DNA from: Octopus sinensis
Taxonomy: Eukaryota
Direction of reading: 5' to 3'
DNA length: 64,000 bases
NCBI RefSeq assembly: GCF_006345805.1
Contig: NC_042998.1
Span: 5,332,001-5,396,000 of the forward strand
The position numbers were made by a program, and so were the translations under genes. Below the pieces are notes generated by a model. The model saw nothing but the letters and a program-made list of their open reading frames with translations, was not told the DNA's origin and made no database searches. How positions within the stretch are numbered: position 1 is the stretch's first letter; each line of letters opens with the position of its first letter. Positions 1 through 13,587 of this stretch are shown here, one piece after another.

Positions 1-1039
1 GTGCTCAGGTAAAGGGAAATGTAATGGCTGTTGTTTGTTTATTGCGTCAAATGTTTTATTAACCATATTGAAATTTTCTGTTCCTCTGAAATTGTTCACT
101 TGCGTACCGCTGATGCGCGGATACAAGTAACTATAATATGAATGTTTTATACACTTATGTTTATGAGAATTTTGTACCCGGGTAGTTTTTAAACTAATCA
201 CTTGACAAAAATCAAAGGTATTTAAAGATCTGAAAATAAGAAAAGAATACCTCCAGAAAAATATAGTAGCTGAATGAGAAATAAGCATTCTACTAATACA
301 TACATCAGTCATGAGCAAACCCGGTCCGCGGAGCAATTCTCAATGGCATACCTATCGAAAAATTACCTAGAATTTATTTAGTAGAACAGCCCGCCTGGTG
401 AGAAACCGTGTCTCATTCGATCTGTTTCTCAAAAAAGGTTCCTAATAACCGTACGTTTTATATCACCATCCACTGGAATGTGTAAGTCTCCGAAATATAA
501 AATATGGTAATACAGCTTGCAGTTCATCGTAATAGTATTGAGCAGCAAAGCCTAAGTTGAGTTAAACAATAACAGTAGTGATGGGCTGATCGGGCCCATA
601 TAAGCCCTCTTTGAATTTGTTCCCACGCCAGATACCCAGAGCCCTCATGAGAAGCCAAGTGTTTGCAACACCTACCTACTTGTATTCGGTTGGGTCACTC
701 AAGATGAAACTGAGGTCTCACCAGCTAATGGGAAAGAGGAATTCCTGGTGCAGTGTCTTAAGAATACATATCTGTTACTCTCGACTGGGAAATTATCTAC
801 TCAACTTACATACACCCTACTAGTATATACGCAACTGACAGCGACGTTAATATATTCACGTCTTCTATCTACATATGGATTCATGTGTTTACACACGCAC
901 ACATAATACATATAAAAGTGTTTGTATGTGTGTACATATTGATATATATGCCTTGGTCGTCGACATCTAGAATCAATATTGTTCCTGAAGATAGTATTAA
1001 TATCTGGGACCGTTGGCTGCCGCTTCAACTCAAGATCAC

Positions 1040-1900
1040 TTGAATCAGTTTAAACACTCTCTGTTTTCGAACTTCACTATGTTGATGATCTAACTGCTTC
1101 ACCTCATGACCCGTCTCACTTCCAGTACATCGTGTCGTCTGTGCTCAATGCTTTTATTTACTGGAACTTAACATCAACCCCCAAAAGACTGGGATCAGGC
1201 AAATATCACTCACGGACAATAACCTTACTCAACAACTGCATTTAAACAATATACCTTAGAAAAATGTATCATCATTTTTGGAAGAAGGATTTCGGATTCA
1301 ACACTTATTGATGAAACCAGCCGCATCAATCTGGCTGCTAATTAGCTTCGAAAATTCAGATCCAGGGTATTCGCCTACTCAAATCTTCGTCTTCATACAA
1401 AAATTTTAGTGTATCGAACTGCTGTCATCTCCCCACTGTTGCGATCAATGCTGTTGTATGGCAGCGAATATTAAACAACTTGAAGCTTTCTATGTTCGGT
1501 ACATTCAACAAAATCTTGGTATCACTTGGGATCAAAAGATTCCCCAATATAACATCCTTCAACGTACAGGAATCTCAATTATTAAATGCATCTTCAACCA
1601 TCGTCTTCTACGCTGGGTAGGACATATAATCCAGTTGCCTGAAATTCGCCTTCCGAAAATCATCTTTGGATATATCGAAGCTGTAGATCGCCCTCAAAAA
1701 AGAGAAGTGGACATCAATTGAAAAAGATTCTTCAGGTTTGGAACATTCTTTCCTTCCAGCTTTAAAATTTCTCATAAGATAGGAGTCAAAGTCTTCGACC
1801 AGCGTCAACACCACCAAATCGAGGGAAAGCAATAAGGTCGCCATGAATCCCGATACTAACCAACACAACCTAAACATCTCCCTACAAGCATTTTTCCCTC
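1040..1900 (+). mobile_element. Decayed RTE-type LINE reverse transcriptase, C-terminal part
   Basis: Codons at 1078-1089 give YVDD (YADD-like) in ELHYVDD. ORF 1458-1721 (IKQLEAFYVRYIQQNLGITW...LLRWVGHIIQLPEIRLPKIIFG) follows the RTE pattern LE.FH.RCLR.IL.I.W...LRW.GHV.RM...RLPK. Contains stops and frameshifts. Confidence 0.75.
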
Positions 1901-2785
1901 TGTACCTGTTTATCGATAGTTTAGTGGTCTTTAACTCGGTGAAGGTATATGTCGTGCCAGCTTTAATCACGCGCTACCGTCTCTGTTCATTTTGTTGACT
2001 ATATTGTGCCAAATTCCATCCCATCCTGCCTAATAACTTCTACGTCCACTCCCTAGTCCTTCTTCCTCAGAATGACATCCTTCTGGGTTTCTTTTCTTAA
2101 TTATATTTTTTGTAAATGTTGATATGCAATTATTCAGGAAAGTGTTAACGGCATCGTCTTAAGAAGATTTCCAAGACCATGAAAATAGCACCTCCTTCAT
2201 ACCAAACAAACAAACACAGATATCACCCTTCGCATTTACACACACAAACACTATATCAAACCACACCCTCTTTTATTAATATTATATTTTATTAAATTAT
2301 TCTTTTACATTATTTTGAAAATATTTAATAAATCGCATTTATAATGTATTTATTTACAGCAAATAGATGTTTTTGCTTTCTTTTTTTGGGAAAATTATAT
2401 AATTTCGAATCACAAAATTACATTAAATACTTTTTAAAAAATTGTAAAACTTATAAAACACATTCAGGTTTCTATAGTAATGCAAACATTAATATTATTT
2501 CTTATACTGCGAACATTTTGTGAGATGGTTATTTGAATGTAACCCGTGAATCAATCTTTATCCGTCAAAACAATCAGAAATGGCAATAAGATCTGCAGAG
2601 ATAGTGAATTTACAACCAAAAGTATGATAAAAAAAATTGGAGATATCTAAATATATCTTTCAGTCGGTGGAAGTAATTTATTCTTCTTAGGAATGGCTTC
2701 TTCGGAAATGGCCGTTTTATTTAAATGTTATTTAAGGCACTGCTTAAAGATACAGAGTTACATGTACATACATGTATGTGTGTGC

Positions 2786-2816
<31 letters not shown>

Positions 2817-3201
2817 AAAATGTATGTGTGTGTGTTTGGATATGCATGCGTGTGTGTGTGTGTGTGTGTACTTTTGCAAGATAGTATCAAGGAATTTAGA
2901 CACAGATCTTCTGGAGTGTTTCGTTCTATTTGTTTAAAAAAACGCATATTTATCTATTGCTCTCAAAAGGGATAGTAAACCTATCTCACTCGGTTTGCAA
3001 ATCATGAATAGGCCTATTTTCTATTCAATACTTATGTGAATAGAGTAGCGTTCGAGAACCGTTAGAACGCCAGAAAAAGAAATGAACGTGATATTTGTTC
3101 CGCCCGCCGGGGTTAACTTTACTTTACATTCCTCGGTGGAGTCGATATAAAGAACTACTAGAATACATGCTGTCGACCAACATCATAGACTCGAAAATTG
3201 C

Positions 3202-3232
<31 letters not shown>

Positions 3233-3289
3233 CGAACCGAGAGGTTAACTATGGTCCTTCCACAGCACTTACATAGCGTTATGTTCCAC

Positions 3290-3522
3290 CTTGGGTCTTC
3301 TGGATAACTCGTGTTACGACCGCGTGTGTACCGTTGGCGATTTTTTTCCGCCGTCTTCCCTTCTCTGGATCTTTCCTTTTCCTATGTTTCTGACGAAGAG
3401 CTCCGCTCGAAACGTAAAGCCCTCGTTCTTCCCTTCCTTCCTGAGCGTCCAATAATACTATATTTGTTCCACGTCCTCGCGTTGTTGTGTTTTCTGTTTG
3501 TGTTTTTATGTTTGGATTAACT
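3290..3522 (+). mobile_element. Penelope-type pLTR/non-coding element carrying a minimal hammerhead, bounded by (TA)n
   Basis: From about 3318 it is near-identical over ~200 bp to 26683-26890. Both copies end in ggattaacttt(TA)n. Contains the hammerhead at 3386-3420. Confidence 0.6.
3386..3420 (+). ncRNA. Minimal type I hammerhead ribozyme motif
   Basis: GTTT-CTGACGA-A-GAGC(TCC)GCTC-GAAA-CGTA-AAGC: intact CUGANGA and GAAA cores, 4-bp stem II, palindromic ACGU stem III (dimer type), GUA triplet, 4-bp stem I with one GU pair. There is one extra A after A9. Confidence 0.75.
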
Positions 3523-4169
3523 TTATATATATATATTTGTGTGTGTATTTAAAATTTGCATATATCTGTAAATATATGAAGGTATGTATGCATGCATGTA
3601 TGTATGCATGCACGTACGTATGTATGTATGCATGCATGCATTTCTCTACGAACGTATGTATGTATGTATGTATGTGTGTATGTATACAGAATGTCGATAA
3701 ATTACCTTCACAATGCAAAATACTCAGGAAAGATTAAGGATAACTCATCAGAGTTTATTGGAAGATACAGGCAAGCAATACATTTTTATTAGAAACCTCA
3801 GAACACTTCGACGTGGGCTCCATTGGTCACGCGCTAACTGTTGAGATACAACACACCTTTCTTCTGAATCTGTTATATTCTACAGGTAATTAATAGACAA
3901 ATGTATACATGTATTTGTGTGTTTGTGCGTGTATGTGTGTGTGTGAGTGAGCATGTGAGTATGTATAGTAACATACATAAACATACATGCGTACATGTTT
4001 GCGTCCGAGATTCAGTGTACTTCTTGGAGTTTACCCCATTTCAAAATGAGTTGCTTATTTTGTACCACTAACTTCTTTAACTTCGATTCAAGTTAAAAAA
4101 AAGAACAATCATTAGTATACTATTGGGTCAAAGGACAGTATTAGCTGGAATAAATATCACAAAATACGT

Positions 4170-6117
4170 CAATTGGGTACCATTCCGAAAAGTTTTTTAA
4201 AAATTGCCTTAAAAAAACACGCCTCTTTGAAAGTTTCAAATTCTTCATCTTCAACAGTTCTTAAATGATTGAAAGAAGTTGCGCCAGGGATATGCTGGAG
4301 TAGCATATTTAAGTAAAATTTATCTGCATTATGTAGACTTGTGGAGTACATTCTGGTTACAATATTATCGAAGCGCAGTCGCCGTGTCCACTTTGTAGTT
4401 TGCTTGTGAAACTCATATTGTTCAGGGATATCACAGTAAAGGAGATTTCTAGCATTCTCTTCAGATTGATTTAGCTTGAACCAAGCGATTAAATGTGTGT
4501 CACGCTCTTGTGCTCGTGCAGCTGCTTGTCGTTGCTCTCCTACTATGTAGTAGACTTGTTGTTCATCGGGTAAATGTAGAGCTAAACGGCATACTGTGTG
4601 GGACTGCCCATGCATTTTGAACTACGATAATCGTCAAAATGCTTCAGGTGGGGACACGTGCCTGCATGAAAATATATTGTTTGTTCGTTGTTTTCTGTCA
4701 TGTCATTCCTTACTTCCATCATTGCACAATCGTGTCCTTTATAGACATATTTAAAAAGATATTTCACACTTCAGCGTTATTGTGTGCATGTTATTTGTTT
4801 GAACAAATACCGATTATATGGAGCGCCAAATCTATTGTCCACTTGGTGAATTCCCTCTTGTAGAGTGTTTCCGTTGTTCCCCCCTCTGTATACGGGATAC
4901 TCTGAAACGTTATTGATATTCCTAAGGGAATTTCTTCTGACATTGTCCGTCAACCATACATACTGAATGTAGATTTGATACTCCACAAGGTCCGTGGATC
5001 ATCAGTGTTCAAACTAATTGTCTCAACTCCGGTTCTTCCATGGGTGGAATTCCAGCAGAGACTATGTTATTAATCTGTTCTCTTTTTTCTTCTAATTTTA
5101 TCTTCTTCGTGCAACATGATAAACATATAACATTTCGGAAGACCACTTTTCTGGAATGTAATCACATGTATATGGGCAATAGGTACACCAAATACAAGCC
5201 TTTCTTTAATATCAAACATCAATTCATTCAGATGTAATTTGTAAACGCGCACTACTAAATGTAGCCTGTTTTGAGCTGTTTCGGGTGGCCCTAGGTTTTC
5301 AGTAATTACTTGACATTCGGATTGCAAATAGGTCAGGACTTCCATATTTGCAAACTATCGCCATTACATCTTGATATTACTGTTGTATATTCCTTGGAGG
5401 TAGAATGACAGTGACTCCTGGCACTTCATTTTGATTGTTCTCCGCCAGGTGATCCATGAGGCCAGAGTACATTGTAACTCTCAACAATGCATGGTTATTT
5501 TGAATGAAATTCAAACAACAGCCCTCTACTTTGACATATGCATCAACAATATATTGTGGAAATAATTTTCCCGCTCAGTCAATTGCACTGAAACCGCCTC
5601 TTATGGCCAGACGTTAAAAGGTAGAATTCCTGCATTGTTACTTTGTTACGAACTCTTGTTTGATGATGTTGTACTTGCAGTATGTTGGTATGCCATCTTT
5701 GATCGCCATTCGGAAGAAGAAGAGGATGAACCATGAGGTCTAAACGGTAAGAAATCTACGATATTCCCTCTTTATGTTGTCCTATAGGATATACAACAAT
5801 ATCACGATGTACTGGCGGAGCTCCATCTTCACCAACGAAAATTGCTGCAGTATATTCTGCTCATTGTTCGTTGGATTATTGTATCTTTTTGTATCAAGAA
5901 CTGGGATGAAGTGCATGGTTACTTTTCTAGAAGGAATATCATTTTCTCTTGCAGCTCTTTCTTGCTCTTGCATTTCAATGTAGCTTGCTTACGAACCACA
6001 TGTTCCCGGGTTCAGTCCCACTGCGTGGCACCTTGAGCAAGTGTCTTCTACTATAGACCCGGGACAACCAAAGCCTTGTCAGTGGATTTGGTAGACGGAA
6101 ACTGAAAGAAGCCCGTC

Positions 6118-6165
<48 letters not shown>

Positions 6166-7170
6166 ATATATATGTATGTGTGTGTATATATGTATGTGTG
6201 TATGTGTGTGTATATGTTTGTGTATCTATGTTTGTCCCCCCAACATCGCTTGATAACTGATGCTGATGCTGGTGTGAATAAGTCCTGGGGTCGATTTGCT
6301 CGACTAAAGGCGATGCTCCAGCATAGCCACAGTCAAATGACTGAAACAAGTAAAAGAATAAAAAGGAAAGAGTAATATTATTGTATGCTGCTGCCTAAGA
6401 ATTATTATTCATTGCAACCGATATTTGTTCAAATACCGATAATAAACAATTAGCATTTTCATTAACATTAGCTCAGGTATGGATTGCTTCATTTGATTCT
6501 ATGATGTAGAGCTGACCATATCTTCTCTGTTCAGTTTCATTTGGATGCAGATTGCTGGCGTAATGATATATTCGACCTTGTAATCGGAAGCAATAAAAGC
6601 CAGGTCCTGTGGAGGTTTGATATTTGCACCAAAAGAAGCAAATGCAAAAGCAGAATTATATTTTCATATGTTGTTCCTAAAATGAGATCCTTCGTGATTA
6701 TTTATATCACATAATTGACTAAGATTACCTGGATATTCTTGTAAAGCAAGAATTAATACTTTTCCATTGTGACAAACAATTCAGGATCTCCCTTGAGAAT
6801 CTTGGAGCTCAATTCTATCGATAAATAACAATCATATCACCAATATGGAATCCTAAAGGTTGATCTTCGTTTATGGCATTTCTCCGCTGTTGAACTCTGT
6901 TTCTCATATTCTGTAGATAAGCTTCTCTCTCTCTCTTCGGGATTCACGTTATTTCTTCTCTCTTGATCTCCGTTTTTTTTTTCTATTCTGAAGATAAAGT
7001 TCTCTCTCGTATTGGTTCATACTATTCCTCATTCCTTGCATTTGTTCCCAAATACGGTTACGGATTACTTGCCTCTCTTCTGCTGGTAACCGTTGTCGTC
7101 ATCTTCTCTTCCCTGTCGCTCTCTTGCTGCCGCTCTTTGTTGACTTATTCTCTTTACCATTTTCAAGAAT
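4170..7170 (-). mobile_element. Decayed Helitron Rep/helicase ORF, Rep part only, interrupted by a SINE at 5980-6375
   Basis: Minus-strand pieces in the expected order: CHNGKV..., YNSAFAFASFGAN...GPGFYCFRLQGRIYH...YGQLYI (6400-6790), KRYNNPTNNE (5782-5973), GKLFPQYIVDAYVKVE...YQDVMAIVCKYGSPDLF (5340-5560), decayed HUH region FQKSGLPKCY (5070-5345), DNRFGAPYN, KYLFKYVYKGHD (4582-4767), TSFNHLRTVEDEEFETFKEAC (4169-4615). No Pif1 helicase follows. Confidence 0.92.
5980..6375 (+). mobile_element. CORE-like tRNA SINE (family A) with an internal (TA)/(TG) microsatellite
   Basis: B-box-like GGGTTCAGTCCC, CORE-like GGCACCTTGAGCAAGT, internal microsatellite and tail ...gcgatgctccagcatagccacagtcaaatgactgaaacaagtaaaag. 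Same family as 21912-22290, 27594-28040, 32722-33135, 40877-41379 and 58700-59140. Confidence 0.85.
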
Positions 7171-8012
7171 CGCTGAATGTGTAAGTGATATAAGAAAACA
7201 GTTCCCTTAGCGTGACGAACACCGACGGTAGAAGCGTAGAAATGCTCAAGAAAATTACATGTAATCAGTTGTAACTATACTACCATGAGTTTCTTCAGGA
7301 ATACAATGCAACGTTAAAATATCTTTAGCTACATGAAAAAATCTTTATTGTGGAAGTCTACGGTCGCATGCCACCATTTTTAATTTTCACAAACTGTACG
7401 CAAATTGTGTCCAGATGAAAAAATTGGGGAATGTTATGTATGTTTTTGTTTATTATTCAATATTTTCAATAATTTTGATGAATTATTTCAGATGTATCAT
7501 ATTTATGTGTCCAGTGAAAAACCAACAAAAGGACCTCAAAGCTCACACCTCCCGGGGATGTGGAAATGAGGTTTGTGCAATATGTAGCATATGAGCTGTC
7601 GAACTGAAAACATATAAAATTATATTGTATGAAAATATGATTATTTGAAGTATAACACAAAAATAATTTTTAAAAAATTATTCGCTAGTTAAATATGATC
7701 ACTATTTAAAGATGCTTACATTTTTTGCTCGGCGGAATTTAAACTCTGAACGTAATGGCAGATGTAATACCGCTAAGCATTTTTGTTTTCACGGCCCAGG
7801 TAGTTTATATAAATCTGTAGAATAAGTCAGCTATATTTTATATGATAGATAGAAAGAAGAAAAGAGAGTGAGAGAGAAACTGAGTGTGAATGAAACAGAG
7901 AGAGAAAGGGGGGCAGGCAGAAGGCATTTATTAATAATATAAGTATATATTAAGATACTCAGTGGAAGTGTATGTGAAATACATAAGTTACAGCACTTTC
8001 CTATATTACATA

Positions 8013-8172
8013 TATGTCCCCGTCACTTAGCGGTTCGGCAAAAGAGACCGATAGAATAAGTACTAGGCTTACAAAAGAATAAGTCCTGGGGTCGATTTGC
8101 TCGACTAAAGGCGGTGCTCCAGCATGGCCGCAGTCAAATGACTGAAACAAGTAAAAGAGTAAAAGACTAAAG
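8013..8172 (+). mobile_element. 3' half of SINE family A
   Basis: Matches the 3' half of 40877-41379 and ends in (gtaaaaga)n. Confidence 0.8.
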
Positions 8173-8289
8173 AGTACATCGCCATTTTCTTCTTTTCACA
8201 AAGCCAAGGGAAATAGCTCGAATTTAATCCTCACTTATCTCCCTTAGCGTGACAAACACAGACGATACAAGCGTATTAATATACAGATT

Positions 8290-9211
8290 ATTTCAAATTT
8301 TTGCCACAAGAGTAGCTTAGGGGAGGTGGGGATGTGTCGAGTACATCGACCCCAGTATTCAACTGATACTCATTTTATCGGCCCCGAAAGGATGAAATGT
8401 AGGTCGACCTCCACGGAATTTGAACTCAGAACGTAGTAACAGGCGATATACCGCTAAGCATTTCGTCCTGCGCGCTAATGATTGTGCCAGCTCGTCGCCT
8501 TATAGAGGTATCATAATAATCCTTTCTACTATAGGCACAAGGCCTGAAATTTGGTGGGTGGTTAAGTCGATTGTATCGACCCCTGTACTCTACTGCTACT
8601 TAACTTATCGACTCCGAAAGGATGAATGGCAAAGTCGACCTCGGCGGAATTAGAACTCAGAACGTAGCGTCAGGCGAAATACCGCCAAGCATTCTGTCCT
8701 GTATGCTAACGGTTCTACCAGCTCGCCGCCTTATAGACATATCATAATAATCATTTTTATTATAGGCACAAGGCCTGAAATTTGGGGGAGGGGTTAAGTC
8801 GATTATATCGACCCCAGTACTCTACTGGTACTTATTTAATCGACCCCGAAAGGATGAAAGGCAAAGTCGACCTCGGCGGAATTTGAACTCAGAGCGTAGC
8901 GACGGGCGAAATACCGCTAAGCATTCCGTCCTGTATACTAACGGTTCTGCTAGCTCGCCGCCTTCCAGTGTACTAACGATTCTTATTTCTTTATTGCCCA
9001 CAAGGGGCTAAACAGAGGGGACAAACAAGGACAGACAAGGGGATTAAGTCGATTACATCGACTCCAGCGGGTAACTGGTATTTAATTTATCGACCCCGAA
9101 AAGATGAAAGGCAAAGTCGACTTCGGCGGAATTTGAACTCTGAACGTAACGGCAGATGAAATATCACTAAGCATTTCGCCCGGTGTGCTAACGTTTCTGC
9201 CAGCTCGCCGC
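8290..9211 (-). mobile_element. Four head-to-tail copies of tRNA SINE family B
   Basis: Four heads (minus-strand GGCGGCGAGCTGGCAGAA-like) near 8499, 8730, 8960 and 9211. Each is followed by GAGTTCAAATTCCGCCGAGGTCGACTTTGCCTTTCATCCTTTCGGGGTCGAT. Confidence 0.9.
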
Positions 9212-9885
9212 TACATAGGACTAATAGCGTACCTATCAAAATTACAAGTTTTGAGGTCAGTGTTGAATTGATGAATGTGAAGACTGCCTTCGTGTAATAT
9301 GTTAAGAGCAGGTAAACGTATCAGGTAGTTAAAGAATATCCACTTAGAAATCACAAATTATAAGAGGCAACGAAGTGTAGCAATTTTACCGAGAATTAAG
9401 TGTGCGGTTCTTGGATGCTTATTTCATTTGAAGAGCCCTTTTACCACAGGGAATTAAGACAACATATGCAATGCAATCGTTGCAGTTAATTGTATTCTCT
9501 TTTGGAGGAAGCTTAACTTTGTATCTTGCCATTATTAGCACAATAAAATGTGTCAATGTTCTCTTAATATGCAACTCAATGATCCCCATTTACTTAAATT
9601 AAGTACTCTAAAGAATAATTTATTAAACAAGGAAATATATATGCAGTACATTAAATAAAGTGCTGATATGTTGTGTGTATTCTGATGTGGTTATATGGTT
9701 ACTACATAAGTTCAAAGATTAGTGCATCTACACGAACCAGGGGATACGAAGCTATGCACTTAAAGTTACTTAAATCATTACTTGTTTGCCAATTCAATCG
9801 GCGCAGTGTTATATATACAGGATTTACATTAATACCGGAACAAGACTGGTTCTTATTCTATTTCTCCCGTGAGTTAAACAGAAAA

Positions 9886-9928
<43 letters not shown>

Positions 9929-10050
9929 GTGTGTGTGTGTGTGTGTGTGGTGTGTGTGTGTGTATGTGTGTGCGTGTGTGTTGGTGTGTGTGAATAAATG
10001 CGCATTTATGTCAGCGCATGAAAGTGTAGGATATTTTTATCCGAACATCT

Positions 10051-10270
10051 AATAATGGTTTCAAATTTTGGCAGAAGGCCAACAATTTCAAGGGAGTGGG
10101 TTAAATCGATTACATCAACCTCTGTGCTCAACTGGTACTTATATTTATTGACCCCGATAGGATGAAAGGCAAAGTCGACCTAAGCGGAAATTGAACTCAG
10201 GCTGTAGAGACGGACGAAATGCCGGTAAGCATTTTATTGGGCGTGGTAACGACCATGCCAGCTCTCCACC
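10051..10270 (-). mobile_element. SINE family B copy with tail type B
   Basis: Same head and body as 43172; tail ...caaaatttgaaaccattatt. Confidence 0.85.
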
Positions 10271-11755
10271 TTCCGAAACGTCAAATGACAGTGATAATAA
10301 TATAAATAAGAGTTTCTGACTTAGGTTCATTGGTATATATCAGGAAAAGGGTATAGTTGATATAACGTCCTTCTATGGAGAAGCCTGTGTCTAGATGATT
10401 TTCATATTTGAAATAGCAGCCAAATACTTGTTTATATAAAACCCTATTGTCTTCAAAGAGATTAGACTGACTCTTGGATAGTGTGATCCTACATTGACTG
10501 TCTGAAAAAATGATGTAATGATCATGGCTGGAACGTCTTTGACCGTAGGTCAAGACAACCAAGTCTAACTTGAAGATGATAAATTGGAGGTTATAGTAAT
10601 AATGAAGATAATATCGTAGGGTAGAGTTGAGTCCCTTACCAGTGACATCGACTGTGTTTCTAGTCCTAATTGAAGGCATTTTATGACAATATCATGTTTC
10701 CCATTACTCTATAAATTTGTGGTTTTCTGCCGGATTGAGAAATCAATAATGTAATAAAGGGAAAAGGGAAAGATTGTCAGGAGGGGAAAAAATGAGATGT
10801 GTATTCCTCATTGCTTTCAATTTTATGAACCCCATTAAAAGAAATTTAATGTTTTCTTCGTACCAATAAGCTATGTCCTGTAATTCGAAGTAATATGAGT
10901 TATACTTATTGATAGTTCATGTCTTTTGTTGTTGTGAGCTTGTTTTCTTATTTATCTTTTTTCTTTTTGACGAAGGTAAGATTGCATCGTATGCCACAAG
11001 AGATGGTTTAGTAAAGTAAAGCTGTAAAAGGATACAGTTTGCAATAAAAATAATACGAAGGAAAATATGATACATAAAAAAGTAATATGAAGGAAAATAT
11101 ATTACATAAAAAAATAATATAATACAAATGGAATTGAAAAGCAAAAATAAATTTTCATAAAGTATAAAAATATATAATTTAATTATTTAAGATATTAATT
11201 TGTGAATGAATAAATTGCTATGGTTGCTCAGCTTCTCAAACTTTTCTGGAATAGAACTAGATGCCAATCATATTATATATATTCATGGAGACGGTAGTCA
11301 AAAGAATGCAGCGTGGCGAAAGAGTTGGTCGGGACTGGAGCATTTGCTAATATGAAAGGTGAGCAAATTTCATTAAACTGGTAAGATCGGATAAATAATT
11401 AGCAGCGCCGAGCATTGTTGTGTTATAGATTAGCTGCCAGTTATGCGAATTTGTTTCAATCGCAAATACAACCAATTTATTTCAGTTATACGTATATATA
11501 GACATATACTGTAATGGATGATAAATTTATGCATATTTGCATGTAGGTATCTTATCTTTTTATCAGTTTATCTATCTATTTAACCTGTTTACCCGGAGTG
11601 TCCACGCATCCTTTCTAAAGAATGGGATCAGATAGTGCGGACAAATTCTCACAATAAAATACTAAGCGCAGTCACGAAAATAAAGCCCTTTATCTTCATA
11701 CACAGAGTTACATAGCCACTTGATGGTGTGCCACACTAAGAAACTGCCACTCATG

Positions 11756-11826
<71 letters not shown>

Positions 11827-11980
11827 CAGATATGTATGTATGCATGTGTGTATGTATGCATGTGTGTATGTATGTGTGTATGTATTTATGTATGTGTGTA
11901 GTCATTTGTATAATTATTACTATTTTATACGTACACATGCCTCTTAAAATTATTGTTTCTTAATATTAAAATAAAAAAAT

Positions 11981-12479
11981 AAATGCGCCCTTTTAAAGCC
12001 TAGACAGGCTCATGGGCCCGGTTTCCGGGTTTCAATGGCGTATGTGTTCCCCAGCTGGATGGGACGCCAGTCCATCGGAGTGTTACTCATTTTTGCCAGC
12101 TGAGTGGACTGGAGCAACGAGAAATGAAGTGTTTTGCTCAAGACCACAACTTGTCGCCCGGTCCAGGAATCGAAACCACAATCTTATTTCTTTATTGTCC
12201 ACAAGGGGATAAACATAGAGGAGACAAACAAGAACAGACAAAGGAATTACGTCGATTACATCAACCTCAGTGCGTAACTAGTACTTAGTTTATCGACCCC
12301 GAAAGGATGAAAGGCAAAGTCGACCTCGGCGGACTTTAAACTCAGAACGTAAAGACAGAGGAAAATCTGATAAGCGGTTAGCCCGGCGTCCTAACGTTTC
12401 TGCCAGCTCTCCACCTTTCGAAACCACAATCTTACGATCATGATGCTGACATCCTAACCTCTAAGCCACGCGCCTCCAC
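11981..12479 (-). mobile_element. tRNA SINE (family C/D-type head, CORE-like body) split by a nested family B copy at 12186-12417
   Basis: Head gtggaggcgcgtggcttagagg. Body has gtcttgagcaaaacacttc and gatggactggcgtcccatccag. The nested insert is flanked by tcgaaaccacaatctt at 12170-12185 and 12418-12433. Confidence 0.8.
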
Positions 12480-12504
12480 TTCTTAATATTAACTGAATAT
12501 GAAT

Positions 12505-12610
12505 TCTCCTTATTTGACCCCATCTGACTATCATGTATTCTCCAACATGAAAAACCTCTTTGCTGAGAACCAGTATTGCTGTGATGATGACGTCATATCT
12601 GCCGTTGCTC
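12505..12610 (+). mobile_element. Mariner transposase fragment
   Basis: Translates SPYLTPSDYHVFSNMKNLFAENQYCCDDDVISAV, matching YSPDLAPSDYHLF..LK...DDDVI. Confidence 0.65.
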
Positions 12611-13587
12611 CCTGTGAAATTTAGTTATACCTTAAGACAGTCGCTTTGAAGATATTGAGAAAACGAAGGAGGTTTTGACAAGAGTCAAGTATACGTTCAA
12701 TCTGGAGGACTTCCATGGGGTATTCATGATGTGGTTTGAGTACTACAACAAGCGCATTGAAGTCAGATTAGAATTATGTACTTGATCAATGTCCCTCCTG
12801 AAAAACCTCCAGACATCTCGAATTCACCTCGTAGGGCAAATACTTTAAATTATGTTCCTACATTTTCAATAAATTTTGTGTGTTCTAGAGCTAAACTCTT
12901 AGCTTTATGCGATGTTTATTTAAACAACGCTCTTGAAAAGCGACGGATATTTTGTCCATATAAAAACGAAAAAAGCTGACATTTACTGAATAATACATTG
13001 AAGTTCCCACAACAGATTAGCATTTTCATAAAACTATTAAAAATTGTTTCTTTGTGGGGTGGGATTTTGTAATTAAAATGTTTACTTTTCATCAGAAGGA
13101 TACGTATTGCCTACATTGCTTACCCAGAAGACACGTCTATGATACACTCACACACACAAATACAAGTACATATATCTACACTCATATATGTAATGAATAT
13201 AAGGGTATGTTCTTGTCATTATGGTAGAGTCAATGCCATTTTTCGCCCCAGGCTATCCCTGATAGAGCTGATGTTCTATCAAAAATGTTCAAGCTATGAC
13301 CATCCTCAAGCTACCTTTTCTATTATGTTTCTTTTTATTTTGTCTTTATAATTCGATGTTGCTACTTAAAAGATATTCAGATGTTATTCCGATCAGGAGT
13401 AAAAATAATAATATTGTTTTATTTTATTTTATTCATTAATTTTATTTTATTTATCAATTTATGCGAGAATATAAAGATAAATTCATGTTAATGATTTTTA
13501 TCAGGTAGTCGGCACGCAATAAAAATTTATATGTAATATATCCATTACATTGATAATTATATATATGTGTGTATATAATTATATTAA

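Noticed and set aside
95-135. Helitron 3' hairpin end
   Set aside because: A weak GC hairpin is followed by CTAT and not CTAG/CTRR, and no matching 5' end is in the window.
611-823. 70-aa ORF as a gene or endonuclease fragment
   Set aside because: No recognisable motif, and the length is within chance expectation.
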